NCBI RefSeq assembly: GCF_006345805.1
Contig: NC_043024.1
Span: 1,364,001 to 1,428,000, forward strand
DNA: 64,000 bases
Direction of reading: 5' to 3'
Origin: Octopus sinensis
Taxonomy: Eukaryota
The position numbers and the translations under genes were made by a program. Below the pieces are notes generated by a model that worked only from the letters and a program-made list of their open reading frames with translations, ran no database searches and had not been told where the DNA came from. Positions 23,701 through 35,681 of this stretch are shown here, in pieces. Every line of letters begins with the position of its first letter. Positions within the stretch are counted from its first letter, which is position 1.

Positions 23701-26700
23701 TACCTCACCTTAAGTCCACCACACCCTGTCTTCCCCACCCCCTAATCACATACAATTAACTCATTAAGCCCCTATCACAAAATAATATGAAATTAAAATG
23801 ATAAAAAAAAGCTATAAACTTACTTCTTTCTCCTCGATTTTAGGGGTTTCTGGTTTCGGGAGGGGGGTCGAGTTGTGTCTGCCTCTGGTGCATCCCTAAA
23901 ACATATATCATATTGAATTATTAAAAAAAAGTGTGGTAAGTAGCTTGTTTCCCAGCCACAGGGTTCTGGGTTCAGTGCCACTGTGTGGCACCTTGGGTAA
24001 GTGTCATATCTATTATAGCCTCGGACCAACCAAGGTCTTGTGAGTGGATTTGCTAGATGGAAACTGAATGAAGCTCATCATGTGTGTGTGTGCGTGTGCA
24101 GTAATCCCTCACCATATTGTGGTTCACCTCTTGGGGTTTATTATTTAAGCTTACATCGATTCCTCCATGGTGTAGTTTTGCATTTATAATAAAATAAATA
24201 TATACAAATTATAAAAATAATTTTAAAAATATAAAAATAATAAAAAGAAAATGTAAAACCAGCCCTGATGTCTTCTTATGTCTGGATTAGGCATTGAAAT
24301 AAAATCACAGATTTTGTGAAGAAAGCTTACCTCACTTCCTTACTTAGTTTAGCATGAAACTGGGTGACAAGACAAAACTTGGGCGCCCCATATTGTGCGC
24401 AAGACATGTGTTGAAACCCTGAAACAGTGACTGCTTCAAATGCTTAAGTAGAAAGTTTCCAGCTTTGTCTTGTGAGAAAATTAAGGTTGGTGTGTTTGAT
24501 GGGCCACGTAACTGGTGGCTATTTCAGAACAAGCTATTTTTTGGAGACCATGCCTGGCATTGAAACAGAATCACGGGATGCTTTTGCTGCAGCTGTATCT
24601 GATTTCCTGGGAAAGAGGAAGTCATCAATTTATGAAGATCTTGTGCAGATCCTTTTTAAGTAGTTTTCGAGCACCGGGCTGCAGCACGAGTGTAAATGTG
24701 CATTTCCTGGACAGTCATCTGGACTACTTCCTTGAAAAATCATCATGGAATAAGTGATGAGCAAGGAGAGAGATTCCACCAAGACATTGAGAACATGGAG
24801 ACCAGGTATCAGGGCTGGTGGAACCCCAACGTGATGCTGTCTACTGCAGGGTCACCGTAGAGAGACTGGCATGATGCATTTTATTCACATAAAGCAGCAA
24901 AGAGAAGGTTCATTCCTTGAGTACCTGAAACTCCAGTTTGGTACAAATATCTATTCTAAGAGGTGTAATTAAACATTTTGTGTAATATATTTGTTAAACA
25001 ATAAAAAGTACTATTTCGTTTGTGTTTCTTATTTCAGTCTTGCATTTAACCCTTTCGTTACTGTATTTCTGTTGAGATACTCTGTGTTTCTTTCAATTAC
25101 TTTAAATATAACAAAGAATTTAGTAAAATAACTTAGTTATCATTCAGCTAGATTAAGGAACATAAATTGTGACTCAAGTTTTGGTGGAAGATTTTAATTC
25201 AAAACTTATGTAAACAAGACATTTGTACTACAGATCCAGAGCCGGTTTCAGCTGGGTTGGTAATGAAAGGGTTAATGACAAAACTGACATTTTTGGTAAC
25301 AAGAAATGAATTCCTGTTTAACAAAAAAGCTTGATGTGACAGAAAATTTCTGAGGGCCTTTCTGAACCCAGCACCATCAAATTAGGTAGGATTAATTGTA
25401 AAAAGCAAGACAACTAAAAATTCTTTTCAAAAATGATACTCACATAGTAAGACTGAACCCCAAGCCATGCGGTTGGGAAGCAAACTTCTTAACCACACGA
25501 CCACAATTATGATGGAATAATTATTATTTTAGCTAATCAATCAATCGATCAATCAATCAATAAATGAAAGAAAAGAGAATAAATGTAAACTTACTGGGAA
25601 GTCAAGGAAAACGGTGAAATCCACGCTTGACTTGTTACAACAGGACCATTTCTTAATCCCTTCATGGAATATTGGTTCTCCAGGATGATAGAGGCAGGCA
25701 TCTTTTGATGAGACAGAGATAATTAGAACTGAGTTAGGCCAGGCTTACATGGAGGGCAAAAGTTAGACCAAAGATACAGAGAGAAAAAACAAAAGTGTGA
25801 CCAAGTCTACTGGTCAGACAAAGACAAGTTGTCCCTTTTTTTTATTAACCCTGTTAAATTTATGTACTTGTACTTTTGGTGGCACTTACCTCAGATGGGT
25901 TGAGCTGGCACTGGCCAACAAGTTGACCATGTCCCTCACAAATGCTGACCATAACCAACGGTCAGCTGCAGTCAAGGCTGTAATGGACACCCACTTCTGG
26001 TTCTACTGCTGAGGACCAAAAACACAAGGGCCAGGTTATTGTGCTTCTATATCCACCTTTACTGTCACCAGCCGAGCCTTCAGTTGTCATCCAGCTTGTT
26101 AGCGCCGGCCTGGGAGGGGAGCTGGGTGACCGCTGCCATGCAAATGAATTGCCCTGGAAGTTGATGGTATGGCCATGCGGTCACCTCAGACGTCTTGGGA
26201 GCAGAGCTTGTTTCAGAAAGTTGATGCAGCAGGGTTGTCATGTTTCGGGGCTGGAAATGAAGTCCAATAGGCAAACCCACAGAATTCAATGCAAGCTGTA
26301 GTGGTCGTCGGTTTTGGATTCTTGGATAGCTTCAGCTCCCACTGGTCACCATTCACACCAATAGAGAAGGGTGGTCTGGATGAATGCTAGGAGAATACAC
26401 ACTTTCATGTGAATTCTGATCTTCAATCGGTTAAATTCATGGCAAATATTTAAAATAAACATTGTGAATGATACAGCTACAATTTGGATGTGTCCTGTGG
26501 TAAGAAGCTTGCTTCAGGTCCAGTCCCACTGCATGGCACCTTGGGTAAGAGTAACTCTATTAACCTGGTTGACCAAAGCCTAGTAAGTGGATTTCGTAGA
26601 TGGAAACTGAAGCCCATGGCATGTGGGTGTGTTATCATCATCATCCTTTAATGTTTGTTTTTCCATGCTGGCATGGGTTGGGCCAGAACTGGCACCTTTC

Positions 26701-29546
26701 AGTGCATGGCAACTCCCAGTCCAGCTCCACACCCTTTCTTGCCATTTGTCGTTTGACCAACTCCTGCTCAACCTGGATATCTCGTTACAGTCGGCTGGTA
26801 ATGAATCTAACGAGGACGTTTTCTCCTGTCCTGGTAAGCCTCAGTACAGAGCTTTTGTAATCAACGATTTATGAGTGTTGCAGAATTATTCTTTCACTTG
26901 TGTTCACTTGTTGGAATTTCCAAATCCAAGAACAATGTGAATATCACTTGTGTGGTGAAATAAGAATTACTGTCAGGTACAGGTGAGGTTGTGCGATAAG
27001 AAGATTGCCCTAAAAGAAACCCCTTGTGTGTGTGTGTCATCCACCACCACTTGCCAATCAGTGTTGGTGTGTTTACATCCCATAACTTAGCAGTTCAGCA
27101 AAAGAGCGACACACAAAAAAAGTACTGGGGTATCAAACTCCACCTGTCTAACACCTGTGGACATGTTTACAAAGTCAGAAAACAGCACAGCTCCCATGAC
27201 TTTCGGAAACATTTTTTCATGCTGAGAGTTGCTGAAGCATGGAACAAACTGCCGGCATCGGTTGTTAGTTGTCGGAGCACTGCATCCTTCAAAACTTCCA
27301 TGCTTCCTGAGATTCGCCAACACTACACCTGATTTTCTCCCCTCCATACACACACAAGCATGTATCTGACTCATACACTGTTCACTTTCCAGACATTTGT
27401 ACATTACTGCATATGCTTTATATGCACTTTTGACAAGTTGTGGTGCACCTGAGCACTGTATACAATAATTTCATTATTATTATTATTATTATAATGCCTT
27501 TCCGTTCACAACTCCCAAGTTATTCTGGTACTAGAAAAAACAAAACCTGGTAATATGTATGATATATGAAGCATGGACACCAAAGAAATATGCACCATGC
27601 ATCACATGTAGCACACAGAAGAGACAAAGAGTTAAAGGCAAATTTGCTGGAACATCGCTGGCGTCAAGGTGCCTTAACGAAACTGAAGCCCAGCAAGAAT
27701 TCATATTAAAGCATTTCTAGAATATACCGTGACTGAGCTTCTCATTGTTATTTAACAACCGGATGACAAAACCTTCATATTACCGATGTTAATTCCTCTA
27801 CAGTGTACTTCAAGCAAGCTTACCGGTGCAAACCGACAGGTTACAACAGTAACGAGCAACCCTGCGGCCAGTGGGACTTCCTAAGTGGCAGGACTAACGA
27901 AAAATTACCCTGAAACTTTTTAGTAATGCGGCTGGCTTGATATAAGCTAAGTTTCATGCGACCCGCTACTCGAAAATGGTTACCAAAGCTTTGTTTACAC
28001 GTACGGTCTCTAAGATAGTGTTTTCTCCCCCCGAATATAGTTCCTTACTTTCACAGCTCTACCGGTCTGGTTAGCAGACCCGGATCATTTAAGTCCGACG
28101 ATGTTCTGTCGTTAACGATTTTGGCGGATCTGTCGACCACTTGGGACGGCGATCTCAACAGCCAACTTTCAGATATGAACGCATTGTGGCGGTGTAGCAA
28201 GAAGTTTGCTTTCCAACCACATGGTTCCACGACTTGGGCACCACCTTGGGCAATTATCTTCTACTATAGAAGACTTGTGAGTGGCTTTGGTAGACAGAAA
28301 CCGAAAAAGGCCCGTCATATATAAAGATATATACATACAAAGTTGTTACCAGTTCATTCACTCTGTGTGTGCGAGAAAGAGAGAGGGGTTTTGCGTGTGT
28401 CCCACCACCATTGCTTGCTCAAGTCCCTGTCGTAGTTCCATAACAGACACCAATGGAATAGGTAACAGGCTTAAAAAGAAAAACAAGTCTGGTCGATTTG
28501 TTCGACCAAATCTTTCAAGGTGGTTGCCCCATCATTACTGCAATCCAATGACTGAAACAAGTAAAATATAAAAGCGACAAGAGGGCGCAATTCTGCTTTA
28601 CGCAACCCATGTAACCCCTTATAGCTTTTTTGGTTAAACTAAAGCGTTAAACCCCGTCAAAAAAAAAAATTGTGTAATAGGTGTAAAAGAACTTCCTCTT
28701 TTTATTATTTTGGAATATTCAGAAATTTTTTGCGAATTTGTATTCTATACACGAGAATTCACAAGACTATGGGAAAAGGGGAAAAGATTTTCTTTTGGTC
28801 TTTTCGAAATTTTAAAAAAGAAGTTATGAGAGGTTACATGCCATGCGTATAGCAAGAATTCCACCGACGAGAGAAGGAATTCACAGACCCCAAATGAAGA
28901 TGTTTGGTCCAGGCGGGTCCCTACCTACCGGCAGCCAATATTGGTTACCCCAACAAACTGCCAGGGTGGGAGCACAGCCGGTTTACAAATTAAGGACCCA
29001 GAATCCGGCTGTTTTCTCAGCAACACCAAGTACCTTGCTAGTGTGATGTATATGAGAAGACCTTAGCAAGGGTTTCGGAACAGCTGACCCCTAAACACAC
29101 AAGAAGCATCTTTCTAACCGAAAAACGGTTTAGGGATCAATGAAACAAGACTTACGAAGGGTAGAACCGGTGTGTATAAACATACACGCTATAGGCATAC
29201 AGAATTAGACATATACACACCTATTTACACATGTATAGACACATATAGACATATACACACCTATTTACACATGTATAGACACATATAGACATATACACAC
29301 CTATTTACACATGTATAGACATATACACACATGTATCTATACATATATATATACATACGTGTATAGAAACACACAATATACAAAATGTAAACATATATAC
29401 ACACATTTATATAAACATATATATATATATATATACACACGTTTATAGAAACACAATATACACACGTTTATATAAACATATATATATATATAAACACGTG
29501 TATAGAAACACACAATATAAACATATATACACACGTTTATATAAAC

Positions 29547-29578
<32 letters not shown>

Positions 29579-29739
29579 TATATAAACATATATATATATA
29601 TATATATATATACGTGCCATGCTGGAGCACTCACACAAACGCATAGAAAGAGAGAGAGAGAGAGAGGAATGAACTCACCATCCGAATTGGAAGCCGGATC
29701 GAAATCCTGGCCACACGTCCTGTTGTAACATTTCGGCAT
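7494..29739 (-). CDS. CHORDC1: CHORDC1 (cysteine and histidine-rich domain-containing protein 1; morgana/CHP-1), complete 9-exon CDS: join(29739-29679, 25701-25595, 23895-23824, 18699-18555, 15313-15258, 13078-13008, 10653-10551, 9427-9245, 7607-7494), 303 aa
   Basis: Manual splicing gives 912 nt in one frame with GT-AG introns and matching phases. The protein has CHORD-I ([37 protein letters not shown]), CHORD-II ([33 protein letters not shown]) and a CS domain ([37 protein letters not shown]). There is no acidic C-terminal tail, which favours CHORDC1 over melusin. Confidence 0.96.
8125..8440 (+). mobile_element. Degenerate Tc1/mariner transposase C-terminal fragment
   Basis: [38 protein letters not shown], with frameshifts. 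Confidence 0.78.
8636..9156 (-). mobile_element. SINE family A with a nested RTE 3' end (8833-8944) in its internal microsatellite, CHORDC1 intron 8
   Basis: Both SINE halves are present on either side of an (ATC)n-tailed RTE fragment. Confidence 0.88.
9245..9427 (-). CDS. CHORDC1: CHORDC1 coding exon 8 (CS domain N-part)
   Basis: [24 protein letters not shown]...KLVLCG, acceptor TGTTGTAG, donor GTGAGT, 183 nt. Confidence 0.96.
10218..10497. repeat. 35-bp minisatellite, 8 copies, in CHORDC1 intron 7
   Basis: Unit ACATGTGGGACAGACCTACAGCACTCCATGCCACC at 35-bp spacing. Confidence 0.95.
10551..10653 (-). CDS. CHORDC1: CHORDC1 coding exon 7 ([34 protein letters not shown])
   Basis: CHORD-II C-terminal half, acceptor CTTTTTTCAAG, donor GTCAGT, 103 nt. 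Confidence 0.95.
11170..11460 (+). mobile_element. Highly degenerate RTE-like LINE C-terminal fragment
   Basis: [18 protein letters not shown] resembles the RTE GRPxxRWxDxI motif. Confidence 0.45.
11540..11890 (+). mobile_element. RTE 3' UTR fragment(s) in CHORDC1 intron 6
   Basis: VNTR units, GAGTGGTTGGCGTTAGGAAGGGCATCC motif and (GAT)n tail. Confidence 0.85.
13008..13078 (-). CDS. CHORDC1: CHORDC1 coding exon 6 ([24 protein letters not shown])
   Basis: CxYHPGxxxFHEG motif, acceptor TTTCTCAG, donor GTAAGT, 71 nt. Confidence 0.95.
14271..14690 (+). mobile_element. SINE family A, CHORDC1 intron 5
   Basis: Full head, body and tail. Confidence 0.88.
15258..15313 (-). CDS. CHORDC1: CHORDC1 coding exon 5 ([19 protein letters not shown])
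   Basis: Start of CHORD-II (IxxGTxCxNxxC), donor GTAAGA. The only phase-compatible acceptor is TTCCATGAG, because an in-frame TGA lies immediately upstream. Confidence 0.88.
15590..15855 (-). mobile_element. RTE 3' UTR fragment in CHORDC1 intron 4
   Basis: (ATC)n followed by the reverse complement of the conserved 3' UTR. Confidence 0.8.
17327..17722 (+). mobile_element. Non-autonomous Helitron in CHORDC1 intron 4
   Basis: 5' TC, 3' CTAG, subterminal hairpin CCCGAGCAACGCCGGG (17695-17710), inserted between A and T. Confidence 0.85.
18555..18699 (-). CDS. CHORDC1: CHORDC1 coding exon 4 (linker, [23 protein letters not shown])
   Basis: KRPSxDEP linker motif of CHORDC1, acceptor TTATTCAG, donor GTGAGA, 145 nt. 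Confidence 0.92.
18992..23445. repeat. Tandem satellite array, 67-bp unit with an interspersed 52-bp variant, roughly 65-70 units, in CHORDC1 intron 3
   Basis: Unit GTGCCAGTGGCACAGAAGCCAGTCAAAGCGGCACTGGCATCAGCCACATTCGGAAGGTGCTTTTCAT; period measured at 19081/19148; units nearly identical. Confidence 0.98.
23824..23895 (-). CDS. CHORDC1: CHORDC1 coding exon 3 ([24 protein letters not shown])
   Basis: End of CHORD-I (GCxxGxH), acceptor TTTTAG, donor GTAAGT, 72 nt. Confidence 0.94.
24353..24920 (+). mobile_element. Degenerate DNA transposase (IS630-Tc1-mariner, m44-like), internally deleted
   Basis: [14 protein letters not shown]..; [15 protein letters not shown]; [14 protein letters not shown]; [23 protein letters not shown]. 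Confidence 0.78.
25050..25271. mobile_element. piggyBac-type MITE (222 bp) in CHORDC1 intron 2
   Basis: TTAA TSD on both sides, TIR CCCTTTCGTTAC / GTAATGAAAGGG. The same left end starts a truncated element at 17003. Confidence 0.88.
25595..25701 (-). CDS. CHORDC1: CHORDC1 coding exon 2 ([36 protein letters not shown])
   Basis: CHORD core motif, acceptor ..CTCATCAAAAG, donor GTAAGT, 107 nt. Confidence 0.95.
27128..27493 (+). mobile_element. CR1-clade LINE 3' end with (ATT)n tail
   Basis: [41 protein letters not shown] matches the CR1/L2 C-terminal motif. Confidence 0.85.
29206..29335. repeat. 40-bp tandem repeat, about 3 copies
   Basis: TAGACATATACACACCTATTTACACATGTATAGACACATA at 29206, 29246, 29286. 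Confidence 0.9.
29679..29739 (-). CDS. CHORDC1: CHORDC1 coding exon 1 ([20 protein letters not shown])
   Basis: ATG at 29739-29737, CYNxxCGQxFDP start of CHORD-I, donor GTGAGT, phase 1. Confidence 0.93.
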
Positions 29740-29819
29740 TGCTAACAGTGGATGTGTATATATGGATGTAGAATGTATATATATATATGGGTGTGTGTGT
29801 CAACTGTATATGTGTGTAT

Positions 29820-30147
29820 ATGTATATATATATATGTGTGTTTGTAGGTGAGAAAGAGAGAGAGAGGTGTGTGTTGAGGTTTGTGCAACCGGATGAGTAA
29901 TAATAAATGCTTAGACCGGATTAGAGAGAGAGAGGGAGGGAGGGAGTGTGTGTGTGTGTAGAGACGGTTGTTGTTGTTAGAGACCGGTTGGGAGAAGCGG
30001 GTTCGTTGTGTGTGTGTGTATATAGGGAGAGAGAGAGAGAGAGAGAGAAACAGAGGTGTGTGTGTGTATATAGGGAGAGAGAGAGAGAGAAACAGAGGTG
30101 TGTGTGTGTATATATATATATGGAGAGAGAGAGAGACAAACAGACAG

Positions 30148-30189
<42 letters not shown>

Positions 30190-30658
30190 CTTGGGAGAGA
30201 AAACTTGTACCGGCTCAGACAACCGACAAAAGTATAGGATATATAAATGTGTATGCGTGTGTATAAATATTGTGTGTGCGTGTGTATATAATATATAAAT
30301 GTGGGTGTGTATATAATATATAATGTGTGTGTATATATATATATGTGTGTTTGTAGGTGAGAAAGAGAGAGAGAGGTGTGTGTTGAGGTTTGTGCAACCG
30401 GATGAGTAATAATAAATGCTTAGACCGGATTAGAGAGAGAGAGGGAGGGAGGGAGTGTGTGTGTGTGTAGAGACGGTTGTTGTTGTTAGAGACCGGTTGG
30501 GAGAAGCGGGTTCGTTGTGTGTGTGTGTATATAGGGAGAGAGAGAGAGAGAGAGAGAAACAGAGGTGTGTGTGTGTATATAGGGAGAGAGAGAGAGAGAA
30601 ACAGAGGTGTGTGTGTGTATATATATATATGGAGAGAGAGAGAGACAAACAGACAGAG

Positions 30659-30702
<44 letters not shown>

Positions 30703-30860
30703 CTTGGGAGAGAAAACTTGTACCGGCTCAGACAACCGACAAAAGTATAGGATATATAAATGTGTATGCGTGTGTATAAATATTGTGTGTGCGTGTGTAT
30801 ATAAATATATAAATGTGGGTGTGTATATAATATATAATGTGTGTGTATATATATATGTGT
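29820..30860. repeat. Tandem duplication of about 509 bp directly upstream of the CHORDC1 start codon
   Basis: TTTGTAGGTGAGAAAG at 29841 and 30350; the unique parts appear identical and only microsatellite lengths differ. Confidence 0.95.
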
Positions 30861-31336
30861 GTGTGTATATATAAATATAGTATGTGTATATAAATATAAT
30901 ATAATGTGTGTGTGTTTGTGTGTATAAATAAATAATATAGTGTATGTGTATATATTATAAGCAGTGTGTATAGAGTGTATATGGAGAGAAAGACGGTGTG
31001 CAGAGGATATGCATAGGAGAGAGAGAGAGAGAGAAGGCGATAGACAGAGAGTGTGTGGTGTGGTGTGTGTGTTATGTCGAGAAGGAGATGAGTTTGGAAG
31101 GAAAGACGGTGAGAAGAAGCCGGTGTTTCTTGGGTTAAAGAGGAGGAAAAGACGACGACGGAGGCAGAGTTGTTGGGTCGAACGGTCGTTGACTTCCAGA
31201 AGTTTCCAGATCTAAGGGAGGTTATCCTGCCTGAATCGAGCGCTTTATTACCTCCCTTGTTTTTGCTGGGAGGTGAGGAGCGGATGCTTCAACCACTTCA
31301 CGTATGGGTGTGTGTGTGCATAGGATGTGTGCATGG

Positions 31337-31357
31337 ATGGATAGATAGATACATAGG

Positions 31358-31389
<32 letters not shown>

Positions 31390-31605
31390 GATAGATAGAT
31401 AGATAGATAGCCAGACACACAGACAGATAGACAGACAGGCAGACAGACAGACACAGATAGTTAGATAGATGATAGATAGATAGACACACAGACAGACAGA
31501 TAGATAGACACACAGACAGACAGACAGATAGATAGATAGATAGACAGACAGATAGACAGATAGATAGATAGACAGACAGATAGCCATATAGATAGATAGA
31601 TAGAC

Positions 31606-31648
<43 letters not shown>

Positions 31649-31649
31649 C

Positions 31650-31728
<79 letters not shown>

Positions 31729-31757
31729 CAGATAGATAGATAGATAGATAGATAGAT

Positions 31758-31802
<45 letters not shown>

Positions 31803-31895
31803 CAGATAGATAGATAGACAGATAGATAGATAGCCAGATAGATAGATAGATAGACAGACAGACAGGCAGGCAGGTAGATAGATAAATAGACAGAT
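31337..31895. repeat. (GATA)n/(GACA)n tetranucleotide array
   Basis: About 560 bp of GATA/GACA; source of the IYLS ORFs. Confidence 0.97.
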
Positions 31896-32331
31896 ACACA
31901 AACACACACATATATATGTATGTGCATAAGTAGATATATACTCGTATGTATATATCCAGTTGAATTAGGTACTTCAGTTGAAGCACCAAGACAGTCTGGT
32001 ATTAATCGTTGCACAGGTCGAAATAATTTGAATAAAACCAAAATGAGTAAGAGGATGTCAAGTAGTAATGAACAACAACCGTTTCAAGCGACTCCATTTG
32101 AATGAACAATGCAATCACCCTCCTGCTTAGTTTCAATTTACTCAATATATATATATTACGGAGATGTACTTGCATAGCAAGTAATTTGATCTGAGATTGT
32201 GTGCTGAAACGAAAACAATTGCAGCGTGGAAGGTGTTTATAAGCCATTTAAGAAACACACAAAAGCCGTTCGAATCACTTCAACATTTAAGTTTAATTTG
32301 TCAAAATATTTTCGTCGCTAAAATCCGCGAC

Positions 32332-32364
<33 letters not shown>

Positions 32365-32389
32365 CATATATATATATATGTATATCAGA

Positions 32390-32839
32390 AAATCAAAAAA
32401 TCAAAAATCAAAAAATGACAAAATCAAAAATCAAAATGGATCAACATGAATAGAAATTGTCGCTGTGATTCAGTGCTGGTGGCACATAAGAGAACCATCC
32501 GAACGTGGCCATTGCTAGTGCCGGTGGCACGTAAAAAGCACCATCCGATCATGGCCATTTGCCAGCCTCGCCTGGCCTCCGTGCTGGTGGCACGTAAAAA
32601 GCACCATCCGACCGTGGCCGTTTGCCAGACTTGTCTGGCACCTGTGCAGGTGGCATGTAAGAAGCACCCACTACACTCACTGAGTGGTTGGCGTTAGGAA
32701 GGGCATCCAGCTGTAGAAACATTGCCAGATCAGACTGGGTCTGGTGTAGCCTTTTGGCTTCCCAGACCCCAGTTGCACCATCCAACCCATGCCAGCATGG
32801 AAAGCGGACGCTAAACGATAATGATGATGATGATGATGA

Positions 32840-32840
<1 letters not shown>
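32390..32840 (+). mobile_element. RTE 3' UTR copy with VNTR units
   Basis: (AAAATC)n lead-in, three GTGGCACGTAAAAAGCACC units, conserved motif, (GAT)n tail. Confidence 0.88.
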
Positions 32841-32876
<36 letters not shown>

Positions 32877-32994
32877 ATTTCTCTATTCACTAGTCTGGGT
32901 TACTTCTTTTTCAAATTCTCATGCATACAATCAATTTCCTGGCAATACAATTTTGCTGTTACCATTTTCCCTTGTTGCAAAAATAAATAATGAA

Positions 32995-33985
32995 TAACTC
33001 CCTTTGCAGATCAGCATACAGTGACCTCTAACTTTTTAGGGTGCAATGGAGGATTTGGGCAGTGTTTAGGTGACTCTCCTGCATCTAATCATTGTCCTGT
33101 TCTCCTGCTGTTGTCAAAGAGTATCCATTTCTCACCATAAGTAATAATTTGATGCAAAAATGGCCTTTTTCCAGTCAAGAAAGCAATAAGGAGCACACTT
33201 CAAGGCATCTGTTTCTTTTGAGTCTCGTTCAGTTGATGTTCTTTGACTTTTCCATTTTTTACATGTGTCCAAAAACAGTTACTCTTTTCTCTTTTACTCT
33301 TTTACTTGTTTGTCATTTGAATGCGGCCATGCTGGAGCACCACCTTTAGTCGAGCAAATCGACCCCGGAACTTATTCTTTGTAAGCCCAGTACTTATTCT
33401 AACGGTCTCTTTTGCCGAACCACTAAGTGACGGGGACGTAAACACACCAGCATCGGTTGTCAAGCAATGCTAGGGGGACAAACACAGACACACAAACACA
33501 CATATATATACATATATACGACGGGCTTCTTTCAGTTTCCGTCTACCAAATCCACTCACAAGGCTTTGGTCGGCCCGAGGCTATATTAGAAGACACTTGC
33601 CCAAGATGCCACGCAGTGGGACTGAACCCGGAACCATGTGGTTGGTAAGCAAGCTACTTACCACACAGCCACTCCTGCGCCTATTGTTGTGTGAGATGTT
33701 TGAAGTTCTGATGGAAGTTTTCGAACCTTTGTTCTCGGATTTTGTTCAGCCAAAGCATTTAATCCATCATGCTGAATAACTAGTTTTGGCCTACCCCTTG
33801 GTTTATTTTCAAGGCTATCATCTCCTGAATGAGAGCTTTGGAACCATCTCTGAATAGTTCTGATATCAACAAAACCCTTACCAAAGGACCCCTTGATATT
33901 CTGTAGAGCTTCTGCGGCAGAGGGACCCAGTTTGTATTCATACGAGAAAATCCCTCAACATAGTTTGGTTGTTATCATTTTCATA
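32995..33985 (-). mobile_element. Degenerate mariner transposase split by a SINE insertion
   Basis: N-part YEYKLGPSAAEALQNI..IRTIQRWF..SGDDSLENKPRGRP; after the SINE, HQLNETQK..FLHQIITYGEKWILFDN..LHPKKLEVTV. Confidence 0.82.
33281..33681 (-). mobile_element. SINE family A, near-consensus copy inserted into a mariner transposase
   Basis: Full-length reverse copy; mariner coding sequence continues on both sides. Confidence 0.92.
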
Positions 33986-34154
33986 AAGTTCTGTGGGTAC
34001 AAATTTTGTAGACCAATATTGTTGGGAAAGAAAAAGAGTCAAGATTAAATGCAAGGTAAACGTAACTAAGTTTTGAAATAACTGAAATAACAAGTAATTA
34101 AAAATGTGACATTTCATGTGAAACAACCTAATATAATCTGTATGTGTGCGTATC

Positions 34155-34394
34155 ATCATCATCATTTAGCGTCCGTTTTCCATGGGTTGGACGGTTCGAG
34201 TTGGTGTCTGGAAAGCCAGGAGGCTGCACCAGGCCCAGTCTGATCTGGCAGTGTTTCTACAGCTGGATGCCCTTCCTAACGCCAACCACTCCATGAGTGC
34301 TTTTTACGTGCCACCGGCACGGGGGCCAGGCGAGGCTGGCAACGGCCACGATCGGGTGGTGCTTTTTACGTGCCACCGGTACGGAGGCCAGTCG

Positions 34395-34397
<3 letters not shown>
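34155..34397 (-). mobile_element. RTE 3' UTR fragment
   Basis: Same family in reverse orientation. Confidence 0.82.
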
Positions 34398-34493
<96 letters not shown>

Positions 34494-35292
34494 ATGGATT
34501 CTCCTGTTGAAGATGATGTATGAGTATATAGAGGTTTGCTGAACGATCTTCACAAATGATTCATTTATATCAGGGGTCAGGGAATTGTTTTAGCCAGTTA
34601 CCCCAAAATATATTTATTTATGCTGATGTTACCCCTTCAATTTGAAAGGAAGAAAATCATAGATTCTTTGAATTCAAAAGGTTTATTGAACCTGTTTATA
34701 TGGAGACTACAATTATAAATCTAAAAAGTATAAAACAAATGAGATAAAATAAATTTAAAATCCTAATTATGAAACAAAAGGATTTTTCTAGAAATTTTAT
34801 CACTTCAGGTTTTGGAGAAATGATGTTGCTTTTTTTTTTTTATTACAATTACATCAAAATTGGGTCATTTTGACGCCAGAGAAATTTGGATGCAGTCTTT
34901 GGGGGCCCAATCAATTTTGTTAAAGGGTTGAATTGAATAACTACTTAAATCTACTTAAACAAAGCAAAACCACGTTGCAAAAAATAAAGTCAAGTAGGAT
35001 AATTGACAACTAACAAATAATATCTGTTTAGTCACTTGACAACGTCTTAGCAACCAAATTGTTTGTAGTTCAAAATGATGTGACGTCTCCTAAACACGTC
35101 CATTACATTGTAACAAGAAACATATTTTTTAATATAATTTTACTTGTCTAATGAGTTCCTCATTTGCCCCAAGAATTTCATTTTCACCCCCATTTAGGGC
35201 AAATTCTCCTGGTTAGCCAACCCATGGTTTACAGTGACCAAAATGCATTAGCTCACTCCCACCATCAAACACACACACACACACACACATAT

Positions 35293-35661
35293 ACTCTTTT
35301 ACTTGTCATTTGACTGTGGCCATGCTGGAGCACCGCCTTTAGTCAATTCTTTGTAAGCCTCTTTCGCTGAACCGCTAAGTTACGGGGGCGTAAACACACC
35401 AGCATCAGTTGTCAAGCAGCGTTGGAGGACAAACACAGACACACAAACATATACACACACATCCATATATATATATATATATACATACATACATATATAT
35501 GATGGGCTTCTTTCAGTTTCCATCTACTAAATCCACTCACAAAGCTTTGGTCAGCCCGAGGCTATAGCAGAAGACACTTGCCCAAGGTGCCATGCTGTGG
35601 GACTGAACCCAGAACCATGTGGTTGGTAAGCAAGCTACTTACCACACAGACACTCCTACGC
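35293..35661 (-). mobile_element. SINE family A
   Basis: Reverse copy with internal deletion. Confidence 0.86.
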
Positions 35662-35681
35662 TTATATATATATATATATAT

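Noticed and set aside
27590-28130. CpG-enriched unique stretch in CHORDC1 intron 1
   Set aside because: No ORF, splice pair or RNA structure could be supported; it may be regulatory, but the sequence alone does not show that.
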